A program made the position numbers and the translations under genes. Shown piece by piece: positions 9,791 through 16,095 of a DNA stretch of 32,000 nt; the first letter of the stretch is position 1; every line of letters starts with the position of its first letter. Origin of the DNA: Candidatus Heimdallarchaeota archaeon B3_Heim (GTDB taxonomy: Archaea; Asgardarchaeota; Heimdallarchaeia; Hodarchaeales; Hodarchaeaceae); assembly GCA_003144275.1 (NCBI GenBank), contig NJBF01000007.1, positions 9,994-41,993 of the forward strand, read 5' to 3'. Below the pieces are notes generated by a model. That model saw only the letters and a program-made list of their open reading frames with translations. It searched no databases and was not told the origin of the DNA.

Positions 9791-10879
9791 TTGCAAATTA
9801 ATGATCCTAAAAGGAATATTCCGTATATAATTGGCGAAACAGCCTATAATCATGAAGGTGATATCAATTATTTATTTAGAATGATTGATGAGATAGCAGA
9901 GTTACAATTAAATGCTGTAAAGTTTCATTTATTACTAAATTTAGAAAGTTATATTCAAAAAAATCATCCACTCATTGCAACTTTAAAAAAATGGATTTTT
10001 AATCAGTCCCAATGGGATGAAATTATCGATTATTCTATTGAAAAAGGGTTGGACGTCATTGCTCTTTGTGATGATGTTGAAAGTTGTGAATATCTTATAA
10101 ATACTGGAAAAAAGATCGATTCGCTCGAACTACATCCAGTAAGCATTAATGATCACTTCTTGCTGGATTCTATTTCAAATTTCGATGGTCGAATCATTCT
10201 CGGAGTGGGAGGGGCATCCTTAGAGGAAATACGATATGCAATAGATTTTCTGACGAATCGAGGGAGGAATAACATTCTCTTGATGTTTGGCTTCCAGAGC
10301 TATCCTACAAATTATCAAGAAATAAATTTATCAAAAATGATTAAAATTAGAGATCTTTTCGATCTTCCAGTTGGATATGCAGATCATACAGCGTACAATG
10401 ACCCTGATAATACGTTTATTAGTATTTTAGGGGCTGCCATGGGCTTTGAAATTCTTGAAAAGCATTATACTCTCAATGTCGGACAGGAGAGAATTGATTA
10501 TCATGCAGCGATTGGGAAGAAACAGATGAAAGAGATAAATCGATTAATGAAGCTCGTTCTAGATGTGTACGGGATTGGATCAATAGAAATGAGTAAAGCA
10601 GAGCTAAATTATGGGAATATTGGGCCTATGAAGAAAGCTATCGTGGCAAAAACGGATATTTCTAAGGGAACACAATTATCTCTTGATAATTTATGGTTTA
10701 AAAGAACTCAAGAGGAGAGCTACATTGAACAAAATCAATTTCTTAAATTATTAGGATTAGAAACCACTGTTAATATTAATAGTGATGAGATAATAGATTA
10801 TTCTAAGATCAAATATCAGTTTCAGAAGATGAGTGAAAAGGACTTTACAAATATAGGTAAGAATGAAGAGAAAGATTAA
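9791..10879 (+). CDS. NeuB-family nonulosonic acid synthase (legionaminic/pseudaminic/N-acetylneuraminic acid synthase type) with C-terminal SAF domain
   Basis: YIIGETAYNHEGD ... AVKFH N-terminal TIM-barrel motifs and a C-terminal SAF-like segment (KAIVAKTDISKGTQLSLDNLWFKR). TTG start. Confidence 0.85.
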   Translation: MQINDPKRNIPYIIGETAYNHEGDINYLFRMIDEIAELQLNAVKFHLLLNLESYIQKNHPLIATLKKWIFNQSQWDEIIDYSIEKGLDVIALCDDVESCEYLINTGKKIDSLELHPVSINDHFLLDSISNFDGRIILGVGGASLEEIRYAIDFLTNRGRNNILLMFGFQSYPTNYQEINLSKMIKIRDLFDLPVGYADHTAYNDPDNTFISILGAAMGFEILEKHYTLNVGQERIDYHAAIGKKQMKEINRLMKLVLDVYGIGSIEMSKAELNYGNIGPMKKAIVAKTDISKGTQLSLDNLWFKRTQEESYIEQNQFLKLLGLETTVNINSDEIIDYSKIKYQFQKMSEKDFTNIGKNEEKD

Positions 10880-11382
10880 GTCTGTTTTCTCTGTTTTGGA
10901 GAAGAAAATTCCCAGATATGATCACAGTAAGCACTCCCTGTTACGATCTCATGATTTCTAGAAAATTGAACGCCTGGGAGAACATTTTCCGTAAAAGTTT
11001 GATCTGAGATACAGTATGCATAGGCCAAGTCAGCTAATCCTTCATCGGTTAGAATTTCATAGAATGGACAGCGAGTGAATTTCACCTTCAAAATTGTTGA
11101 TGCAGACTCTATAATTTCACAATATGGTGTTTCGCTTGCAAATTGTACATATGACTCACGAAAACGATTAAAACGTTCTTGAGAACCAGGTTCGAAATCT
11201 GAGAGTATGTTCCTGTAATAGGTGGTCATGAATTTGCCAAACGCATCTGAAGCCACCTTAAATGCCATTTCTTTGTTTAGATTTTCATTTATCGATGTTA
11301 AAAATGAAACAGTGGCTAAAGACTGCAGTTTTTTTTGCGTGTAAATTCGATCTTTTTGAGGCGATTTCCTGTTCTTTCTCAA
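10876..11382 (-). CDS. L-2-amino-thiazoline-4-carboxylic acid (ATC) hydrolase-like small protein
   Basis: Cys pattern CP...C(x)SD...C(D)H in KFTRCPFYE ... YAYCISDQ ... SAYCDHIW resembles the ATC_hydrolase family as I recall it. It is the last gene of the minus-strand GT2 operon, and its stop overlaps the NeuB-like stop by 4 nt. Confidence 0.4.
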   Translation of the reverse strand: MRKNRKSPQKDRIYTQKKLQSLATVSFLTSINENLNKEMAFKVASDAFGKFMTTYYRNILSDFEPGSQERFNRFRESYVQFASETPYCEIIESASTILKVKFTRCPFYEILTDEGLADLAYAYCISDQTFTENVLPGVQFSRNHEIVTGSAYCDHIWEFSSPKQRKQT

Positions 11383-11420
11383 GTGAATTTATCTCCTAAA
11401 TTTAGAAAAATATTTTTCTT

Positions 11421-12287
11421 CTAAAAATGAAGAAAGAATTTCCAACCAAAATAAGCTCTAACCTCTTTGTCTTTTAATTTCCACTTCTCTTTCCGGGCAC
11501 TCCAATAGCCCTTTAAAATTTTAATCCCATTAAATCCCGCAAGAATTGTTTTTAATAGCAATAGGATCGGATTGTAGCCAAAGTGGTATGTTAACCGTCC
11601 ATTTCGAAATAAATCCTTCTTAGCAACTCTTGTAGTAGGTCGTTCTTGGATCATATAAACCTCTGATAGTTCACGAGCTTTCATTTTTCTTATTTTTGCC
11701 CGAGTATTAATCCAAGTATCCCAATCAACCTCTGGGAAATATTCCGAAGGCGTTGACTCAAGGAGTGAGCTCCGGATGACTTTACCGGATCCCCGTGCAT
11801 CTTTTCTGCCAAATTTCGCGCCAACATTAATTTGCTCTACATATTCGTTCAATTGATCCTTTACTACAATAATCCCCGACACACACCCTAAAGAAGGAGT
11901 GTTACCCATTGTTGTAATGATTTTTTCATAATAATAAGGTTCTAGACGGGTGTCTGCATCAAGAGTCGCGACATAGTCATATCTTGCGGCTTTTGCTAAT
12001 TCAAACCAAGCAGTATTAAATGTACGTCCAACCGTGTCCAAATTTGGTACTGTTTTTATTGATAATTGGAGCAATTTCAAATTTAAACTCGGATATTTGT
12101 TAATCAGTCTTTCAATTTCAACTCTAACGTTTGGATCAGGAGACCCATCATCAATAATTATCACTTCATCAGGTACTAAAGTCTGTTCTAATAATGATTT
12201 TACTAATTCTTCCAACATTTCATACTCATTATAGACCTTTACGAATACACAGAATTTTGTACGCAAGCTCTGATCCTTTTCAATCAT
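11421..12287 (-). CDS. Family 2 glycosyltransferase (GT2)
   Basis: VIIIDDGSPD and the DxD motif (TLDADT), an N-terminal GT-A fold signature. Confidence 0.8.
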   Translation of the reverse strand: MIEKDQSLRTKFCVFVKVYNEYEMLEELVKSLLEQTLVPDEVIIIDDGSPDPNVRVEIERLINKYPSLNLKLLQLSIKTVPNLDTVGRTFNTAWFELAKAARYDYVATLDADTRLEPYYYEKIITTMGNTPSLGCVSGIIVVKDQLNEYVEQINVGAKFGRKDARGSGKVIRSSLLESTPSEYFPEVDWDTWINTRAKIRKMKARELSEVYMIQERPTTRVAKKDLFRNGRLTYHFGYNPILLLLKTILAGFNGIKILKGYWSARKEKWKLKDKEVRAYFGWKFFLHF

Positions 12288-12417
12288 GATTCTTACCTTT
12301 CAGGAAATAACATCTTATGATTGCCCAATGCCACGATATTTAATACCTAATTCTTTAATTTTTTCACTATCCAATATGCCCTATATACCCTAACCCGATT
12401 ATTGCTACTTTTTTCAT

Positions 12418-13419
12418 TTAATTATTTCCTTTATGTATTCTCTCATGATTTCCTGTAAGTTCCCGTGTTGTCCATAACAAGAAGAGCAATCCAAGGCCCA
12501 CTCCAAACCATAGAGTTGTGAAACGAATAACTAAGGTCAAAGCAACTGATTTTGTATATTTTACGTTAAGAAGATCGATAACCAGGAATTCTAACCCGCC
12601 TTCCATTAATCCTAACCCGCCTGGTAGGAATGAAATAGCACCTATAATGGAGGAAGTGGCATAAATAAACATAGCCATTTGGAAACTCATTTGTATGCCC
12701 AAGCTTTGCGCCACCAGCATAAAAGCTAAGCATTCACAGGCCCAACCTACCATTCCGAGGAGGAGTGCTCCAGTGAATACTGGTAAGCGAAAGGTGACAA
12801 TGACATCTGCACGAAAATTATCAACATATCCACCTAATTTCCGCCATGGTCCAAAGATAAGAATTCGTGAAAAAAAGTGATAGAGAGGATCGAATAAAAA
12901 TGTGATCACACCAATCATTACCAGAAAAAGAATTATTAGAAGGATAAAAAGATAATCTGAACTGAAACCCATTATAATAATACCAATTATTGATAATAGT
13001 GTGACGGCCAGTAAATCTATCAATCGTTCAGAGAAAGTTGATGCAAGCCCCTTTGAAATATCTATATTACTCCTTTTTTTCAGTAGTAAAGCACGGATTG
13101 CTTCTCCAGCTTTTGCGGGAGTTATTGCCAAAGCTAAACCAGCCATAAAGACTTTGAAGTTATATAGAGGGGGAATTTCTAATTTTAAACTCCTTGTAAA
13201 TAGAACCCATTTTAGAAATCTACATAGATAATTGAGAAAACTTAGGCCAAGTGCAATGAAAACTACTTCAACTGGAATCCCAGCTAAGTAGATAAGAAGT
13301 TGGTTCCGATTACTGATAAATATCAGAACTAAATAAACTCCTGCTCCCAAAATTAACCCAAATACAAAATTACGGAATGTAAAGATCTTACTATAAAAAG
13401 ATTCACTCTTTAATTCCAT
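12418..13419 (-). CDS. Polytopic membrane protein, flippase-like / lysylphosphatidylglycerol-synthase-TM (UPF0104)-like
   Basis: 333 aa with about 8 hydrophobic helices. The common pairing of this family with GT2 enzymes matches the context. Family call is tentative. Confidence 0.5.
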   Translation of the reverse strand: MELKSESFYSKIFTFRNFVFGLILGAGVYLVLIFISNRNQLLIYLAGIPVEVVFIALGLSFLNYLCRFLKWVLFTRSLKLEIPPLYNFKVFMAGLALAITPAKAGEAIRALLLKKRSNIDISKGLASTFSERLIDLLAVTLLSIIGIIIMGFSSDYLFILLIILFLVMIGVITFLFDPLYHFFSRILIFGPWRKLGGYVDNFRADVIVTFRLPVFTGALLLGMVGWACECLAFMLVAQSLGIQMSFQMAMFIYATSSIIGAISFLPGGLGLMEGGLEFLVIDLLNVKYTKSVALTLVIRFTTLWFGVGLGLLFLLWTTRELTGNHERIHKGNN

Positions 13420-13426
13420 AAGCTTC

Positions 13427-13643
13427 CCGTTCTGAAAGACTTACCCAAATCGGACATTTAGGGACAATTAAGATTTTTATGTTAATGATGCTAATTATCA
13501 CCAGTCGGTATTGGTGCTATTCTTCCTGCTTCCTCGACGCGTGCCTGTTGGTACACAGGTCTTACCGCCTCTCCACAGGCATTTAAGGTCTCCGCGGAAC
13601 TCTCGGCGACAGGAATTATTAGGGGTTCCTTCTTTATAAAATC
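13427..13643 (-). ncRNA. Solo (tnpB-less) copy of the TnpB 3'-end / omega-RNA (right-end) module plus 24-nt 3' flank
   Basis: 13516..13615 aligns without gaps to 13722..13821 (the tnpB 3' end) at 86 of 100 identical by hand count. This includes a compensatory stem change (cctgT..Acagg vs cctgC..Gcagg). No RuvC or Zn-finger coding sequence lies upstream of it. The 69-aa ORF 13491..13700 is only the relic TnpB C-terminal frame. Confidence 0.5.
13633..13640 (-). promoter_or_regulatory. TATA-like box (TTTATAAA) upstream of the solo omega-RNA-like copy
   Basis: The palindromic TTTATAAA sits just upstream, on the minus strand, of the point where homology to the tnpB 3' end begins (about 13626-13612), so the implied start site would fall at the 5' edge of the scaffold-homologous region. 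The background is AT-rich, so this is weak. Confidence 0.25.
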
Positions 13644-13649
13644 ATCAAA

Positions 13650-13830
13650 CCGTTCTGAAAGACTTACCCAAATAAGACAGTTAAAAATAATTAGGAACAA
13701 TTATTACAAACCGTCCTTGGAGCTGTTCTTCCTGATTCATCGACGCGAGCCTGCTCAGATGCAGGTTTTACCACCTCTCCACAGGCGTTTAAGGTCTCCG
13801 CGGAACTCTCGGCGACCGGAAATAGTCGGA
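13650..13830 (-). ncRNA. Predicted omega-RNA (reRNA) region overlapping the tnpB 3' end and right end
   Basis: In characterised TnpB systems the guide RNA comes from the tnpB 3' end plus the right end. The conserved block 13722..13821 has a second copy with a compensatory stem substitution. Exact 5' and 3' ends are not determinable here. Confidence 0.5.
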
Positions 13831-14971
13831 ACCGATAGATAACATAATAATTGGCTACATTGCACGCAGCATTCTGATCACGATCTAATACCAACCCACA
13901 TAACGGGCAATGAAAAACCCGATCAGCTAACGTTAGATCCTGCTGGTAATACAGGCAATTAGAGCATAATTTCGAGGAAGGAAACCAGCGATCGATCTCA
14001 ATCAACGTAGAACCATAGAAAGGTGCCTTATATGCGAGGAAACGCTGAAACAGACCATGTGAAAGATCGGCCCAATATTTACTCAGCTTCTTATTTTGCA
14101 TTAATCCTTTGACATATAAATCCTCGGTAACTATCACGCTGTGGTTTTTAGCCAGATAGGTAGAGGTTTGATGCAAAAAATTATGCCGTTGGTTTGTAAT
14201 TCGACGATAGAATTGCGCTAAGCGGAGGGCAGACTTTCGTTTATTATTTGAGCCGTTCTCTTTCCGTGAATGAGCTTTTGATAATCGACACTGTTTCCGA
14301 GCTTGACGGAGGAGGAAATTAGGTCGTGCGATGGGGATTCCAGAAGATAAGGCGGCAAAGACGGATAATCCTTTATCCAACGCAACGAGTGGGCCACCGT
14401 TTGGTTTACGATCCGGTTGTTCCTCTTTCACGGTAAGAGCCACAGACCAGCGATCCGCAGTCCGAGAGATCGTGGCACTCAGTATCCGTGCCGATACAGG
14501 TAAATTTGGCGTTTCTTTTAGCCGTAATTTCCCCAAACGAGGTAATTGGACCTGTTTTACCGCTGGAAAAAGGCGAACCACTCCCGTCAATCGAAAGCTG
14601 TCCTTACACTTGCCTTTTTTCTTGAATCTGGGCAATCCGACATAGCGGATGGTTCGGTTCTTTTTTCTTTGTTGATGATTGGTGAAGAAATTCTGATAGC
14701 CACGATCTAAGTCGCGGAGGGCCTCTTGCGGGACACATTTCGAGACCTCATACATCCAGGGAAAATCAGTGTTTTTCAAGCGATTTAATTCTTTATGTTG
14801 TTTTATAGCATCGGTATAACGAGCTGTACCTGTTTGCGTGCGATAACGTTGTTTTCGACTGGCTAATCCCCAGTTCCAGGTAAATCGTGATATACCTGCA
14901 CATTTGGTCAGTAGCGTCCGTTCCTTGTTATTTACACATAATTCGTACTTATATCCTCGTGTACGGAGCAT
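13691..14971 (-). CDS. tnpB: TnpB RNA-guided endonuclease (IS605 OrfB family), apparently intact
   Basis: 426 aa. RuvC-like motifs are present: VALDKGL (D), VIVTEDL (E) and DRDQNAACN (D). The zinc finger is CSNC...CPLC, and there is an N-terminal OrfB-type HTH region. Confidence 0.9.
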   Translation of the reverse strand: MLRTRGYKYELCVNNKERTLLTKCAGISRFTWNWGLASRKQRYRTQTGTARYTDAIKQHKELNRLKNTDFPWMYEVSKCVPQEALRDLDRGYQNFFTNHQQRKKNRTIRYVGLPRFKKKGKCKDSFRLTGVVRLFPAVKQVQLPRLGKLRLKETPNLPVSARILSATISRTADRWSVALTVKEEQPDRKPNGGPLVALDKGLSVFAALSSGIPIARPNFLLRQARKQCRLSKAHSRKENGSNNKRKSALRLAQFYRRITNQRHNFLHQTSTYLAKNHSVIVTEDLYVKGLMQNKKLSKYWADLSHGLFQRFLAYKAPFYGSTLIEIDRWFPSSKLCSNCLYYQQDLTLADRVFHCPLCGLVLDRDQNAACNVANYYVIYRFRLFPVAESSAETLNACGEVVKPASEQARVDESGRTAPRTVCNNCS

Positions 14972-15039
14972 CCCTGACCATCCTTACTAGCACTCACTAA
15001 CATAACATAGCAATACTGATTGATTACGCGCTTTTCTTC

Positions 15040-15046
15040 TTATAAA
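15040..15046 (-). promoter_or_regulatory. TATA-like box (TTTATAA) inside the IS left end, about 70 nt upstream of the tnpB ATG
   Basis: Minus strand reads ...cgtaggTTTATAAgaagaaaagcgcg... A similar string (TTTATAAAGAAGGAA) precedes the solo copy. Position is plausible for an archaeal promoter. Confidence 0.3.
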
Positions 15047-15068
15047 CCTACGAGGCCACGTGATCTAA

Positions 15069-15562
15069 ATCAAAATTGCTAATATTCCGTTATTTTATTG
15101 TTAAAAGGTTAATTAGGTCATCACTGGAACTATAATCTCATGAGATCTGTTTATTTCTCTATTAATTATATCTTTTAGTCTCTCCTCCCTCTTCCTAAGT
15201 TCCATTGCTTTTTGTTTCCCTTTTCCCCTTGAAATTCACTTTTCCTATTTGTCTATAAATGTCTATATTTGGCTATTATTCAATAGATAGTTTACAACCC
15301 TACATTCCAGATCAAACGGGGTTCCTTTCCCTCATTTTAGCGTTAATAGGTTAACTAGCCCATCGTTTTATCTATAATCCAATGAGACAAATTAAATCCC
15401 CAGTCATTATTATAATTCATGTTCTGTCCCCGTTTCTTTCGTTGTTCTGTATGCTGTCTTAAACTTCCTCTTCGTCCTGTGTGTCCATAAATGTCGATAT
15501 CTATCCATTGATTCGCTAGCTATTATCAACCCTTTGAGTATCACTTTTAAAATGCAGATCAA
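15069..15562. repeat. Two degenerate tandem repeat units of about 240 bp (A 15075..15310, B 15317..15557) bounded by TTGAT motifs
   Basis: Best-aligning stretches are 15086..15146 vs 15326..15386 and 15243..15290 vs 15474..15530. The minus-strand boundaries read TTGATCTG (15555..15562), TTTGATCTG (15308..15316) and TTTGAT (15069..15074), the last abutting the IS left end. Confidence 0.6.
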
Positions 15563-15658
15563 TGAATCACCATCAATAACCACTAAAAAATCCCTTCTGA
15601 GTTCTACCAGTGCATCATTTAGAAAGGATTTCTCTGACCTAGCAAATTTTTTTACCAC
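15410..15658 (-). CDS. Hypothetical 82-aa ORF, doubtful; its C-terminal half is encoded by repeat unit B
   Basis: ORF only, with no recognisable domain. The equivalent frame in repeat unit A is broken by stops. Confidence 0.2.
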   Translation of the reverse strand: MVKKFARSEKSFLNDALVELRRDFLVVIDGDSLICILKVILKGLIIASESMDRYRHLWTHRTKRKFKTAYRTTKETGTEHEL

Positions 15659-15699
15659 AACCTACATCAAACATCATTTTTTTTGTCTCCTGATCGTCT

Positions 15700-16080
15700 T
15701 TGTTGCGAGAAAAAGAATGTCTTGAATGTAAACAACATTTTCCTGTACCGTCTATGATTAGAGGTGTAAAGACTAACCAATATGGGGATAAGGAAAAATA
15801 TGGTTATCTCTGCGGAAGATGTTATCGGAATAGCGTGGAAAAACGATCAAAAATCCTCCTCTTTTTCACTGTGGGTTCTGGGGTTATAGGATTTATTTTC
15901 TTTAGTCTAATCTTGTATATGTATCTATTTGTCAAAACTCTTTTAGCTGATCAGTTCATATCTACAGTAGAAACTTTTTCATCCTTGGGTATTATTTTCA
16001 TTTTATTTTCTTTGGTCTTGTTTTACATGCGTCACAAAGAGTTGTCTAAAATGCGGAAGCAAATTAAAACTCTTCGTTAG
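15700..16080 (+). CDS. Small zinc-ribbon membrane protein (hypothetical)
   Basis: N-terminal CLEC ... CGRC Cys pairs are followed by two long hydrophobic helices. TTG start. No family recognised. Confidence 0.4.
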   Translation: MLREKECLECKQHFPVPSMIRGVKTNQYGDKEKYGYLCGRCYRNSVEKRSKILLFFTVGSGVIGFIFFSLILYMYLFVKTLLADQFISTVETFSSLGIIFILFSLVLFYMRHKELSKMRKQIKTLR

Positions 16081-16095
16081 TTTTTTATCCGTACA

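Larger units (their letters stand above)
13650..15068 (-). mobile_element. IS200/IS605-family TnpB-only (IS1341-like) element; ends approximate
   Basis: A single tnpB ORF with no Y1 or serine transposase gene in the window. G+C is clearly elevated (14401..14460 has 32 of 60 G+C) against flanks of about one-third G+C. The GC-rich left end starts right after TTTGAT (15069..15074, minus-strand reading). The right-end boundary lies somewhere in 13650..13690. Confidence 0.75.

Noticed and set aside
13627-13649. Similarity between the sequence preceding the solo copy (TTTGAT ga TTTTATAAAGAAGGAA) and the IS left end (TTTGAT ... gg TTTATAAGAAGAAA), suggesting the solo copy is an internally deleted mini-IS with a left-end remnant
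   Set aside because: Not rejected outright, but not claimed. The match is about 14 nt of AT-rich sequence with a gap, and the GC-rich part of the left end is absent. It needs other IS copies for comparison.
13427-13673. Idea that the omega-RNA guide (24-mer) directs TnpB to cut its own second copy in the operon leader
   Set aside because: Neither 24-mer copy is preceded on the minus strand by TTGAT or any shared motif. The 5' neighbours are ...aactgtctt and ...aaatgtccg. The presumed TAM requirement is therefore not met. Self-targeting is unlikely, though the TAM is only predicted.
13491-13700. 69-aa ORF on the minus strand that looks like a small gene downstream of tnpB
   Set aside because: Its C-terminal 40 residues (PVAESSAETLNACGEAVRP...) are just the relic reading frame of the duplicated TnpB C-terminus/omega-RNA region. 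The N-terminal part runs through the 24-mer and spacer. Conservation fits an RNA/DNA element, not a protein.
13427-13821. Possibility that the two repeated GC-rich blocks are a CRISPR array
   Set aside because: There are only two copies, with a unit length of about 220 bp. The copies are 86 percent rather than near-100 percent identical, and they are homologous to the tnpB 3' end. No short regularly spaced repeats occur anywhere in the window.
14331-14645. 104-aa plus-strand ORF inside the IS
   Set aside because: It is antisense to the intact tnpB coding sequence and has no recognisable features. GC-rich regions readily give such shadow ORFs.
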